Below, piece by piece: positions 36,967 through 46,464 of a DNA stretch of 64,000 nt. Position numbers and translations under genes: made by a program. The notes beneath the pieces were generated by a model. The model worked only from the letters and a program-made list of their open reading frames with translations. It searched no databases and was not told the DNA's origin. Positions within the stretch are counted from its first letter, which is position 1, and the number at the start of each line of letters is the position of its first letter. Origin of the DNA: a virus (lineage: Duplodnaviria > Heunggongvirae > Uroviricota > Caudoviricetes); IMG/VR virus record IMGVR_UViG_3300034691_000069; one strand, given 5' to 3'.

Positions 36967-37539
36967 TTATTTAAAAGCTTTTTGAAGCTGAACGAAATCA
37001 GTCAAGAATTTATCGTAAAATTCTTCCAAGAAAACACTGTGTTCAGCAATGTTTTTGGCGACTTCTTTGAAAAACTCTTTGAATTCTTTTTGATAAATCT
37101 CGTTACCTTCGGCACCAGTACCCATTTTGAAAGTTTGATCCAATTGGTGTTTGGCTGTGTTGGCGGCTTCGTAGATATTGATGACAGTTACCATTTTCGC
37201 ATGGTTAAAGGCGAAAAGCTTGTCATTTTCAACCTTTGTAGCAACAATCATCGCCATATCGAGAATGGTAGGCACATTGTAATGATCCCACAAATCAAGA
37301 ACACGATCATAGATTCCACGTTGGTTGTCACCATACGAATCATTGAGGTAATCATTCTCACTGTAACCAGCCCGATCAAGTTCAGTATAACCGGAATAGC
37401 CATACGAATCGTAACCCTGATTATCAAATTGCGATTCTGGCATGTGACCATTACCAAAACCACCACCGTTTTTCTCAAACCAGTCTTTATCTTGACTGTA
37501 AGAGCGGCTAACAGTTGGGGAATATTTTCCAACGCCCAT
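36967..37539 (-). CDS. paralog family D member 1 (shared N-terminus MGVGKYSPTVS.SYSQD..W.EKNGGGFGNG..PES..D..G.DSYGY)
   Basis: tandem with 37649..38143; N-terminal 60 aa conserved, C-termini unrelated. Confidence 0.55.
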   Translation of the reverse strand: MGVGKYSPTVSRSYSQDKDWFEKNGGGFGNGHMPESQFDNQGYDSYGYSGYTELDRAGYSENDYLNDSYGDNQRGIYDRVLDLWDHYNVPTILDMAMIVATKVENDKLFAFNHAKMVTVINIYEAANTAKHQLDQTFKMGTGAEGNEIYQKEFKEFFKEVAKNIAEHSVFLEEFYDKFLTDFVQLQKAFK

Positions 37540-37648
37540 GTGTGTATCCTCTTTAATTAGAAGACTATACTATCAAAAAACTGAAAAATAAGCAACCATT
37601 AAAACAAAAAACCTAGCCGAAGCTAGGTCTTTAATTGTATTAACAAAA

Positions 37649-38143
37649 TCAATCGAGCAGCAGGTCAGGATAAGCCTTAGTAATATTGGCTTTCAAACCA
37701 CGCTCAATCTCAGCAGCTTTTCGGAGAATATCTTTAACTTCGGCAAGCTGACGGAAGGCTTCTTGCATTTCTGGATTAGCAGCCGCTTCTTCACGGGACT
37801 TACGCATTGCAAGGATATTGCGGCCACTCCATTCCGATTGAACAGCTTCATGCAATGGATAATACTCGGAATCGTTGTCCCACTGAAAACTGGCAGGATA
37901 TTCATTCTCATGATGACCAGCACGATCACGACCATCGGCGTCATAGCCATACGAATCGAAGCCATCATCATCGTAATCAGATTCAGGGTCTTTGCCATTA
38001 CCAAAACCACCACCATTCTTTTCATACCATGCTTGGTCTTGGCTGTAAGAAGTGCTGACAGTTGGAGAATATTTGCCTACGCCCATTTGTGTATCCTCTA
38101 TAATGTAGAGAGCAATGATATCAAAAAACTGAAAAATAGGCAA
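37649..38143 (-). CDS. paralog family D member 2
   Basis: as above. Confidence 0.55.
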   Translation of the reverse strand: MPIFQFFDIIALYIIEDTQMGVGKYSPTVSTSYSQDQAWYEKNGGGFGNGKDPESDYDDDGFDSYGYDADGRDRAGHHENEYPASFQWDNDSEYYPLHEAVQSEWSGRNILAMRKSREEAAANPEMQEAFRQLAEVKDILRKAAEIERGLKANITKAYPDLLLD

Positions 38144-38181
38144 ACATTAAAAGAAAGACCTAGCAGGAGCTAGATCTTTTT

Positions 38182-38760
38182 TCAATCTTCGATGTAAAGA
38201 CGTTTTAAGTAAGGCCGCACGTTTTTGAAAATAACGTCAGCTTCTTCTACTGAAAAGCCTTTTTCACGAACAATACTTTCGAGTTTTTCAATGCCCTTGT
38301 TATAGACATAAAGCGGCGTGTGCAAATGATTGAAAGCAACCTTCCAGTCAAGTTCTGCAGCTTCTGGATGTTCTTTTGTGAAATTGTGTGCGAATTCAAT
38401 TTCAAGGATTTCGTAAAAACGATGAAAATACTGTTTGGATTGCTCCACGATATCGTCAACAGTAAAAACAGCAACCGGCAACGATTCCGGTGAATTACTG
38501 ACCAAAATGTTCCATTCAGTGAGTGCTGCCGTGGCTGTGATGGCTTGCAAAGCGGCATAGTTCACTGGATTAGCACGAAAGTAGATAAATAGCTTACCTG
38601 ACGCCATTTCGGCCACGACAGTGCCATGTGTCTGCCAAGAGAACAAAAAGGACTGATATTTAGTATTTTGGTGGTCTTTGAACATACTGCGAGCCACCGC
38701 AATACCGACTTCTTGAGCCAATTGTTCATCTTTCGTATTAAAAACTGAATGCTCATTCAT
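38182..38760 (-). CDS. hypothetical protein
   Basis: ORF track. Confidence 0.5.
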   Translation of the reverse strand: MNEHSVFNTKDEQLAQEVGIAVARSMFKDHQNTKYQSFLFSWQTHGTVVAEMASGKLFIYFRANPVNYAALQAITATAALTEWNILVSNSPESLPVAVFTVDDIVEQSKQYFHRFYEILEIEFAHNFTKEHPEAAELDWKVAFNHLHTPLYVYNKGIEKLESIVREKGFSVEEADVIFKNVRPYLKRLYIED

Positions 38761-38874
38761 GATGGATATCCTTTAAATTTTCTCGATTATAACATAACAG
38801 AGCTTTTTTAGGAATCTATTTTTTACAAAAAAAAAGCAACCTATCGCTAGATTACCTTCTTTAAAACGTTCTGA

Positions 38875-39273
38875 TTAATCTTCTGAGTAATTCCACTTTC
38901 CATGATAACGACTCAGTTTTGAGGCCAGATCTTTGAGAATGAAACCTTCCCCTTCACCCTTGTAGTTAACGAGCCAAACATAGGTCGAAACCTTTGCCAT
39001 TGCTTCGGCTTGTTCACGGGTCATGCCTTCATGGATGATTTCCAAGTCCGGGCTGTCAGGCGAGTCAAAAAACTCATCATCATCCAAAAACAACGGGTCA
39101 GCCGGTTGATGCTTATAAATCGGTTCCATGTGGTAAGAAACCAGTTCATCAAGCATTTCTGGGTATTGGTCAAGCGTGAATTCTTCAGCCTTATAGCTGG
39201 ACGCATACACCTGTTCGGCGTAATCCATTGCAGCTTGTCCCATTGGGCTATTTACAAATTCGTTAGTAAACAT
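38875..39273 (-). CDS. hypothetical acidic protein
   Basis: ORF track. Confidence 0.5.
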   Translation of the reverse strand: MFTNEFVNSPMGQAAMDYAEQVYASSYKAEEFTLDQYPEMLDELVSYHMEPIYKHQPADPLFLDDDEFFDSPDSPDLEIIHEGMTREQAEAMAKVSTYVWLVNYKGEGEGFILKDLASKLSRYHGKWNYSED

Positions 39274-39394
39274 TGTCGGTAATTCCTAATTTCGTTTGTT
39301 TATTTTAACAAAGAATGAGGCAAATTACAACAAAAAACTTAATTTTGAATGAAAAAAGCTTCGTAATCACTCACATCTTCTGAAAATTTTACAG

Positions 39395-39586
39395 TTAGTC
39401 ATCCGGTTCATCAACCTTTGAACCCCATGCTTGAATATCGTAATAAGATGAGATTGGTTTGCGACTACCGACTTCAAGAACAAGCATTTCTTTGGATAGG
39501 TAAACAATGTCTTTACTACCAGTCACCGCACGTTTAATCCAGTAATAACCGGGTTCTGTTGGGTGTTCATCTTTCCATACTGTCAT
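39395..39586 (-). CDS. hypothetical protein (63 aa)
   Basis: ORF track. Confidence 0.45.
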   Translation of the reverse strand: MTVWKDEHPTEPGYYWIKRAVTGSKDIVYLSKEMLVLEVGSRKPISSYYDIQAWGSKVDEPDD

Positions 39587-39630
39587 AGCGAGTTCTCCTG
39601 TGCAATGATCAAAAAACCGCCGAAGCGGTC

Positions 39631-40137
39631 TTATTCATCGGTTTTGACAGTGGCGATAGCGTCAAAGAAACCATTGGCAGTCAGCTTTTGAAGAATGACA
39701 TCCCGCGAATCGCGTTGTTCTTTCTGATCCTCACGCACAGCTTGCGGGGTAGAATGACGATAAACCAGACTGGTGATTTCAGCCGGTGTCAGCTTCATGA
39801 TGGCTTCAAAACGAGTATCGTTATATTCCATCACAGCACCAAACGGCATGACTTCTTCGCCAGACACATAGTCTTTGATGACAAGATGGGGCCGGTTAGC
39901 CTTAGAAATGCCTTGAACAAAAAGACCCATGCCAATAACTGGATTAGACCAGTCATTGCCGACTGCAATAACAGGTTTACCTACCAAGACTTCATAAGCC
40001 ACATGGTCAATAGCGTTTTCACGTTCACGCCGTTCTTGCTCAGCCGCGTTCACTGCAGCTTGTGACATCTGATACATCTCAGCCGGAAATAAGGTTTGAA
40101 AGGTCAGGAATACTTTTTCTTTGATGGTAGTCAGCAT
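39631..40137 (-). CDS. hypothetical protein
   Basis: ORF track. Confidence 0.5.
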   Translation of the reverse strand: MLTTIKEKVFLTFQTLFPAEMYQMSQAAVNAAEQERRERENAIDHVAYEVLVGKPVIAVGNDWSNPVIGMGLFVQGISKANRPHLVIKDYVSGEEVMPFGAVMEYNDTRFEAIMKLTPAEITSLVYRHSTPQAVREDQKEQRDSRDVILQKLTANGFFDAIATVKTDE

Positions 40138-40201
40138 GGTAGAACTCCAAAATTTGAATGGATATTTTAACTAAAAATAAGGTTTAAGTCAATCTAAATG
40201 G

Positions 40202-40387
40202 TTAATTAAAAAGACCAAACATGCCGCAAGAAGCAATCAAAAGAGCAATGACAAACAACCAGACCCCAAATTTTTCCTGAATGTACACAGCACCTTTCAG
40301 TGCGGACATGGTGTTCACACACACAGCCTTCTTGTCAGTGCCACCACATTTAACACATTTGCAACTAGCCATGATAACGACCTTCAC
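40202..40387 (-). CDS. small Cys-rich membrane peptide (61 aa)
   Basis: ORF track; CKCVKCGG + TM. Confidence 0.45.
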   Translation of the reverse strand: MKVVIMASCKCVKCGGTDKKAVCVNTMSALKGAVYIQEKFGVWLFVIALLIASCGMFGLFN

Positions 40388-40464
40388 TTGATGATTTCAG
40401 CTATTATAGCAAAGAAAGGCCAAGATAAAAAGGAGTTTTTTTGCAAAAATAAATCAAAAAACGC

Positions 40465-40500
40465 TTTTCAAAGTATTAAAATACTGGTATAATAGCCTCA
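40465..40500 (+). promoter_or_regulatory. plus-strand promoter TTTTCA-17-TATAAT ending in the shared GGTATAATAGCCTCAC 14-mer
   Basis: identical 14-mer to 15615-15628. Confidence 0.5.
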
Positions 40501-40539
40501 CTTAAACAAGATAACCAAACTTATTATTGAGGTGACACC

Positions 40540-40662
40540 ATGAAAGTTCAAAACTTCGTAGCAAAACACATGAACACCGTCAATAAAGCGGCTACTCATG
40601 TTGACAAGAAACGCAAAGACAAAAACAAACGCGATAAGCGTGCTTACCTCAAGGAGATGTAA
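40540..40662 (+). CDS. small highly basic protein, 40 aa (MKVQNFVAKHMNTVNKAATHVDKKRKDKNKRDKRAYLKEM)
   Basis: strong GAGGTG RBS; own promoter; terminator aaaaggtgtcttaggacaccttttttt at about 40686-40712; below track cutoff. Confidence 0.5.
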   Translation: MKVQNFVAKHMNTVNKAATHVDKKRKDKNKRDKRAYLKEM

Positions 40663-40685
40663 TTCTCCGGTAAGTTGAAAAAGAA

Positions 40686-40712
40686 AAGGTGTCTTAGGAC
40701 ACCTTTTTTTGT
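40686..40712 (+). terminator. rho-independent terminator
   Basis: ggtgtcc-uuag-ggacacc hairpin + T7. Confidence 0.6.
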
Positions 40713-40728
40713 GCTTGCATTTTAATCA

Positions 40729-41295
40729 TTAAAACAGGCTAAAAAGCCCTGCCACCGTCCCTGCTGTTCCAATCATGTCCCAAATATCAAGAGAACGAGA
40801 AGTTTCGCCAGCAGATGTTGGGCTGTATCGTGTTCTATCTGGCACACGGTATCCTAACTTGCTTGGAGACAAAACAATCGCCATCCAAAGTTCTCTATCT
40901 TCTTGTTTAGGATCTTTCGATTTACCCAAAATTACCATATCGCCAGCAGAATCCATTGCTCCATTAAGCAACTGAAAATCATCATCAACAGAAAACTTAG
41001 ATTTAAAGTGTTCTGGCATAGGCTTCAATCCTAGCTTGAAAAAGAATTCAAGGTATTTAACATAGATATCATTAATTTTTCCCGCTTCGAAGGATTCGCT
41101 ATAAACAAACATAGCCGTTTGATTAAGTTTATTAGACCCTACCAGAATACGTTCATTATCTTTTTTTAGACTAAACAAATTATAAAACAATCTATTTTGT
41201 GGAAGTTTCTCATAGGTGTAATTTTGAGCTGTTTTTGCCCGATAGATGGCTTGAACATCATCGCCAAGACCTATTTTTCGAATAATAATACACAT
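40729..41295 (-). CDS. hypothetical protein
   Basis: ORF track. Confidence 0.5.
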   Translation of the reverse strand: MCIIIRKIGLGDDVQAIYRAKTAQNYTYEKLPQNRLFYNLFSLKKDNERILVGSNKLNQTAMFVYSESFEAGKINDIYVKYLEFFFKLGLKPMPEHFKSKFSVDDDFQLLNGAMDSAGDMVILGKSKDPKQEDRELWMAIVLSPSKLGYRVPDRTRYSPTSAGETSRSLDIWDMIGTAGTVAGLFSLF

Positions 41296-41454
41296 ATTTT
41301 AAAGTCTCCAATTTTCCAAATTATACAACAAATACATGAAATAAACAACAGATTTTTTAAAATTAGCATAATTCCGTTTTTTTAGGAATATCATAGTTTC
41401 TTATGGACAAAAAAAAGACCGAACTAGTCGGCCTTTTTTCTTATCTTAGAGTGT

Positions 41455-42009
41455 TTAGACTACGGTCAGAACACCTTCTTCGTCAATTGTGTAACCCAAT
41501 TTTGCCACGGCATCAAAAGCTTCTTTCAGTTGACGTTGACGAAATTCCTGATGATCTTCATTAGTCAATTCCAGCTTAGTCACAATGATTTTAACATCAT
41601 CAGTCAAAGTGGCCCAACGTTGGTTTTTGACAGGTTCTTTTGGGTAATAACGAATATCAGAACCTTTAATAACCAGCGTATTGTTTTTCATGTGTTCATC
41701 AATCATGTAATCAAGCGTTGCCGTAGAAATTTCAGCGTAAGGTTTCTCATGCTTGAGTTCCAAAACACCAGCATCCGCCAAACGATTTCCCAAATGACAA
41801 CCTTCCTCTGTCAACTCGGTTGAACTAACAGAGATAGCCATACCAACTGGACCAACAATGTAATTGATCAAGTATTTATAGTGAGGTGCCGCATTAGTGT
41901 GTTGCAAAGCAGCTACGATCTTTTCCAGCTTCAACTGAACCGACAATACCGCATTGACTGCAGACTGAGCATCTTTTGCATTGTTCAAATTGATTTTAAC
42001 TTGAGTCAT
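41455..42009 (-). CDS. paralog family C member (184 aa), related to 28202..28777
   Basis: shared VIKGSDIRYYPKEP...W.TLTDDVKIIVTKL block. Confidence 0.55.
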   Translation of the reverse strand: MTQVKINLNNAKDAQSAVNAVLSVQLKLEKIVAALQHTNAAPHYKYLINYIVGPVGMAISVSSTELTEEGCHLGNRLADAGVLELKHEKPYAEISTATLDYMIDEHMKNNTLVIKGSDIRYYPKEPVKNQRWATLTDDVKIIVTKLELTNEDHQEFRQRQLKEAFDAVAKLGYTIDEEGVLTVV

Positions 42010-42073
42010 GATGGTGTATCCTTTATGTCGTTATGATGGGGTTATTTTACCAAAAAACTGGATTATAGTCTAG

Positions 42074-42484
42074 TCATTTCTTCATTCCATCCAAAACCCA
42101 TTGTTCCCATTTATGGACACGGGGAAGGCATGAAAACAAAGCTTCTCGATAATCTTTATGAGTCAATTCCTGATCGAATCGGACATGAGCCAAATGATTT
42201 AAGTCAATCACGTCTTTTTGAACAATATTGAGATCGATGATGTCACAACCACTGACAGTGAAAACATGCTCTTGATTGCCCACTAAACGGCCACCAAACA
42301 GGTTACGAGCGAGCAAAGCAGCAAACTTACAGCTACCAGAGCGATCACCCGTATAAGTAATACCACGCTCAGCACAGCGTTCTTCCCACATAAAATCCAA
42401 TGCAATATTAGCACGAATCATGTTATGTTCGGTGTAGGCTATTTTAGCTGGATAAACACTGCGAATGTCTTTAACTGTGAGCAT
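42074..42484 (-). CDS. hypothetical protein (possible Cys/His catalytic pair GSCKFAAL...QEHVF; unassigned)
   Basis: ORF track. Confidence 0.45.
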   Translation of the reverse strand: MLTVKDIRSVYPAKIAYTEHNMIRANIALDFMWEERCAERGITYTGDRSGSCKFAALLARNLFGGRLVGNQEHVFTVSGCDIIDLNIVQKDVIDLNHLAHVRFDQELTHKDYREALFSCLPRVHKWEQWVLDGMKK

Positions 42485-42563
42485 TTTAAGCGGCCTTCAA
42501 ATCAATTAATGACTGAATTATACACGTTAGCCCATTAAAAGACAATAAAAAACTTAAAAATGA

Positions 42564-42863
42564 TTACGAATGAACATCCAAAATGGTTTCGCAATCTTTA
42601 ACCATTAACGCCATGTCAGCCTTAATGCTTTCAATTTTGGCGAGATCCTTTTCTTTCACTTTATCGATCCAGATTTCAAAGCTATTGCGATAACTTTTCT
42701 TCAAGCTTTCAAAACCATTCACCAGTTGAGCCAGCGAAAGACCTTTGCGATAAAGGAACAGGCGACCACTCCACTCATAAGCGGTATAACCATTAGCTTC
42801 AAAAACCAGTTTATAGGATTCGTGAATAACGGCTTTGGTGGGTGCTGCAGTATGATAAGGCAT
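42564..42863 (-). CDS. hypothetical protein
   Basis: ORF track. Confidence 0.5.
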   Translation of the reverse strand: MPYHTAAPTKAVIHESYKLVFEANGYTAYEWSGRLFLYRKGLSLAQLVNGFESLKKSYRNSFEIWIDKVKEKDLAKIESIKADMALMVKDCETILDVHS

Positions 42864-42958
42864 GATTGACCTCCAAAATTTGTTAAATTATACCATAAAA
42901 TTTAAAAAAGATAAACAAAAAACCCGCACGAAGCGGGCTTTTTTTAAGCTGTCTACTG

Positions 42959-43297
42959 TTAATAGTAGCTACGGTTATACAGGCGGTTAGTCGTGCGACG
43001 AAGCTGTTCTTCAAACACCCGACGTTGACCACTGGACAAGCAACGGTCTTTGCTGGTTTCGATGCTGGCAATACGCTTTTGGAACATTTGATTGGCTCGC
43101 TGGGCTTCTTTTTGAGAGTCAGCAAACCGAACATCAGTTGCACGGCGAATATAGGCATTTTGAGCTTGTTTGTCCGCATTCACGATGCACTTGCGTTCAA
43201 TTTGACGTTCTTTATAGGAGCCATACTGGCCCGAAGACACACAGCCAGTCATCATTACAAGGGCAAGAGCAGCAAAAACAATTTTCATTACTTTCAT
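42959..43297 (-). CDS. lipoprotein (lipobox MMTGC), basic coiled-coil-like
   Basis: ORF track; preceded by conserved 5'-UTR hairpin element copy B. Confidence 0.55.
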   Translation of the reverse strand: MKVMKIVFAALALVMMTGCVSSGQYGSYKERQIERKCIVNADKQAQNAYIRRATDVRFADSQKEAQRANQMFQKRIASIETSKDRCLSSGQRRVFEEQLRRTTNRLYNRSYY

Positions 43298-43331
43298 GGT
43301 CGTATCCTTCTCGTATCAATTAAGGTCGAAT

Positions 43332-43383
43332 GAGCAACTGCAAGGGGAAAGGCTTATTGGCTTGCTCGCCCCTTGCTGCTTCG
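43332..43383 (-). promoter_or_regulatory. conserved 5'-UTR stem-loop element copy B (stem GCAAGGGG/CCCCUUGC)
   Basis: about 85% identical to 12927-12977; sits between promoter ATTGATATAAT (plus about 43392-43405) and lipoprotein gene. Confidence 0.55.
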
Positions 43384-43408
43384 ATGGAGTAATTATATCA
43401 ATATCGAC

Positions 43409-43783
43409 CTAGATAATCAAGGTTTTTGGTGAACTTCTTTCAATGAGTTCGCAAAAAAAGAAGGTCATAAATTTGAGTTTTTTCCAAAAACCTTTTGGAG
43501 AAAATTGAGAACTGTGATAGGTATACAAAGTATTTCCTTTCCAATGGTCAATCACCATACCACCACGAAAAATCATCAGAGTGACTGAGTTATAATCATA
43601 CTTGTAGTAAGTGACTTTACCAGAAACCGGATGAATGACGGGCTGACTGGTTGATTTGCTAAACTTAATTCTGGCTCCAACTCTATTACATTTATTCTTG
43701 CTGAAATATTCAACAGGCAAAGAATAACCAAGATTCATGCCAACCAGAAATCGCATCAACAAAATTTGAAAGAAGATTAACAT
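43409..43783 (-). CDS. membrane-anchored hypothetical protein
   Basis: ORF track; N-terminal TM. Confidence 0.5.
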   Translation of the reverse strand: MLIFFQILLMRFLVGMNLGYSLPVEYFSKNKCNRVGARIKFSKSTSQPVIHPVSGKVTYYKYDYNSVTLMIFRGGMVIDHWKGNTLYTYHSSQFSPKGFWKKLKFMTFFFCELIERSSPKTLII

Positions 43784-43786
43784 ATT

Positions 43787-44191
43787 TTATTCCTTAATGT
43801 AGCAACGTTTAACGATTTTAAGGGCTTTTTTAACTTCTTTTTCCCATTCTTTATCACTGACCTCAACGAGCGTTCTGACAAAGGCCAGAGCTTTTGTTTC
43901 GTCCAAACCTAACACAAGGTCTTCATCACTTTCATCAAGTGCTACGATAGGTGGATAGGCTCCATCAATGTCGATTTGACAACCATCCAGAGACAACCAT
44001 GCATGTTCGATATTTTTTATCGACAAATCATCTTCTGTGAGAATTTGAATTTCACCGCCAAATGTTCGCCACAAAGCGACCGCCAGAAAAATAGATTTTG
44101 CAGACAGGTATTCTTCTGAGAGTTCATTAGGAACGCTGTCTTTAATTTGTTTAATCATGGGAACACTCCAAGTAGGCTTTGAGTATAGCAA
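43787..44191 (-). CDS. hypothetical protein
   Basis: ORF track. Confidence 0.5.
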   Translation of the reverse strand: MLYSKPTWSVPMIKQIKDSVPNELSEEYLSAKSIFLAVALWRTFGGEIQILTEDDLSIKNIEHAWLSLDGCQIDIDGAYPPIVALDESDEDLVLGLDETKALAFVRTLVEVSDKEWEKEVKKALKIVKRCYIKE

Positions 44192-44206
44192 AACCTTAGA
44201 AATAAA

Positions 44207-44671
44207 TCAATCTTGAACGTAGTTTTTGAAGGGTTTTAGCCTGTCTTTTTGATAATGCTTAAACTTCCCAATAGTAATATGTCCTTGGTCTGTCCCCAAC
44301 ACGTTATAGTATTCACGAATTTTAAAAAACTCGGCTGAATAACAGTTTATCCACACATGGGAATCATTCCAGAACAATTCATGGGTGTAATGCAGTTCAA
44401 CAGGTTGCTGGTCAAGCCAACCCCACGGCTTAGACGTGTCGGTATTGGTATATCCTTTCAGCACTGAGCAATGAACATCCCAGTTAGGCTTATCCAACTC
44501 TATGCCATACCGTTGATAAAACTGATGGCGATAGTAAGCCGCGATATCTGGTTCTATCGTGATAACAGCCCAATGTTCAATGTTTTTCTTCATGGTGCCA
44601 CGGTCGGGGTCGTAAACAATAGTCCCTTCCGTGTTAAATTGAAGACAACGGTGTCTAAGTTGTAAGTTCAT
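44207..44671 (-). CDS. hypothetical protein
   Basis: ORF track. Confidence 0.5.
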   Translation of the reverse strand: MNLQLRHRCLQFNTEGTIVYDPDRGTMKKNIEHWAVITIEPDIAAYYRHQFYQRYGIELDKPNWDVHCSVLKGYTNTDTSKPWGWLDQQPVELHYTHELFWNDSHVWINCYSAEFFKIREYYNVLGTDQGHITIGKFKHYQKDRLKPFKNYVQD

Positions 44672-44686
44672 AATTTCAATCTCAAA

Positions 44687-44712
44687 AAAAAGGAGATCCG
44701 AAGATCTCCCTT
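44687..44712 (-). terminator. rho-independent terminator (ggagatcCGAAgatctcc), third copy of the conserved hairpin
   Basis: stem/loop as at 2141-2158 and 3903-3920. Confidence 0.55.
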
Positions 44713-44744
44713 ATTATATAGATTTTTTACAAAAGCGTCAACTG

Positions 44745-45278
44745 TTAATCTGGCTGGCCGAAGAAGACAGCACTAACATCAAGGGTCAAACCTTTACGTT
44801 CTTTGTTGAGGTTAATGTCAACAAAATTTTCAAGCCATGCTTTGTTGCAACGAGATTTTTGTTCTTGATTAGTATCAACCAAGCGAGTAACAACCAATCG
44901 CATACCCAAGAAATGGGTGCAGATATAGACGCTATCAGCCGTTGCCAGTTCTCGACAGAAAATATCGTAGGCTTCTGCATAGACGGCTGCGTCAATCTTG
45001 TTACCAACATTAGCCGCCAGCTTCACCAATTTAGGTAGCGATTTAGGCAGATCGATTTCATCAATTTCAATAGCCGATGATTTTTCATCTTTAATCGCTG
45101 TCAACAGATATTTACTGAGATTGTTAGCTTTATAAGCTTGCTCGTTAATCAAAAAGCTCAAGCCTTTGATTTTGTTCGTGGCACCTGCAAACAGGTCATT
45201 GAGTTCATCAACAGTGATGTTCTTGTCTTCAATGAGCAATGTTGCTTTGATTGTTTTATTAGCCATGTAAAACTCCAA
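44745..45278 (-). CDS. hypothetical protein
   Basis: ORF track. Confidence 0.5.
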   Translation of the reverse strand: MEFYMANKTIKATLLIEDKNITVDELNDLFAGATNKIKGLSFLINEQAYKANNLSKYLLTAIKDEKSSAIEIDEIDLPKSLPKLVKLAANVGNKIDAAVYAEAYDIFCRELATADSVYICTHFLGMRLVVTRLVDTNQEQKSRCNKAWLENFVDINLNKERKGLTLDVSAVFFGQPD

Positions 45279-45400
45279 AAAATGTGATTATAAGAAAGAA
45301 ACCTGATTATACACCAACCATACAAAACTATCAACAAAAACTGTCTTATATTACGGAAAAATGAAAAAAGGAGCCTAATCCCCTTTAGGTTTACATCCAC

Positions 45401-45712
45401 TCAATCTTCTAATAAATCCACTGCCAATTTAAATTGATTGAGGACTTCTTGTTCAATGAAAACTAGATCAGTAATACTCAGACTGGCGACCAAAGTAGGA
45501 ATACCCATTCCATCGCAATCGTATGAAGTGTCAGATGCCTTGACTTCAATTTTATCGGAATTCAATTTTTTGACAGAAATAGAAAAATCAAAATCAATGT
45601 CTTTACGCAAAGATTTAGGGAACAAATATTCCACTTTTTCTTTAAAGTCAACAGTATTTAAACATGACTTAATTTGATCTAATTGCATAATCTCATCCTC
45701 AAAAATTGCCAT
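45401..45712 (-). CDS. hypothetical protein
   Basis: ORF track. Confidence 0.5.
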   Translation of the reverse strand: MAIFEDEIMQLDQIKSCLNTVDFKEKVEYLFPKSLRKDIDFDFSISVKKLNSDKIEVKASDTSYDCDGMGIPTLVASLSITDLVFIEQEVLNQFKLAVDLLED

Positions 45713-45719
45713 GAATGTA

Positions 45720-46352
45720 TTAACTATTCAAACCAACAACATGCAACAACACATCCATGTTTTCAATACGAGAATTGTCATATTGCACATACTGACTGAG
45801 GGATGGATATTTGTTATCAGTCAAACGATGAAATTCTCTCAGAAACGGTTGACGGATTTCATCAGCTTCTGGATCAAAGTAGATATAGTCACTGATTGGT
45901 TCAATGGAGATATGTTTGAAGCCAAGGTTTCGATAAGCTTCTTTCAAAAGTGGTCGATCTGCTTCTGAAATGATTTTTTTACCAACCCGAAGTTTTCGAG
46001 TCAATCGGCTTTCAGGTACATCACGGATGTTATCCAACAGAGTGGCAGTCAAACTACCTACTTCCAGATCAATCTTTTGGTTATGCAAGGTGACTTTGAC
46101 CTGTTCTTCCTCAACAAGAGCATTCATCTCATTCATGAATGCAATAATCGACTTTTTCAGTTCTTCAACCCGTTTCGGAAGGTTCTGAGTATTGAACTGG
46201 GTAAATGCACGCAGGATTTCTGCAGGCCCAATCACAAAACCATCTTCGGCGTAAATATCCAACACTTCAACAACAGGGAGCCGACTCTCTTGAAGTTTCT
46301 CAATTTTTACTGCTGTGTCTTTGGCAAGTTTTTGAGCTTTTTGGGCGTTCAT
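45720..46352 (-). CDS. paralog family A member 3 (210 aa)
   Basis: NLGFKHISIEPISDYIYFDPEAD block matches family A. Confidence 0.55.
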   Translation of the reverse strand: MNAQKAQKLAKDTAVKIEKLQESRLPVVEVLDIYAEDGFVIGPAEILRAFTQFNTQNLPKRVEELKKSIIAFMNEMNALVEEEQVKVTLHNQKIDLEVGSLTATLLDNIRDVPESRLTRKLRVGKKIISEADRPLLKEAYRNLGFKHISIEPISDYIYFDPEADEIRQPFLREFHRLTDNKYPSLSQYVQYDNSRIENMDVLLHVVGLNS

Positions 46353-46464
46353 TTGGAAAATCCTGTTTATATTTAAGTGAAGCTATTATACCACAAAAAA
46401 ATGGTTTTGTAATCTTAAAAAATATTTAATGAAATGTTGATTTTTTACTGACTTTGTAGTATTA

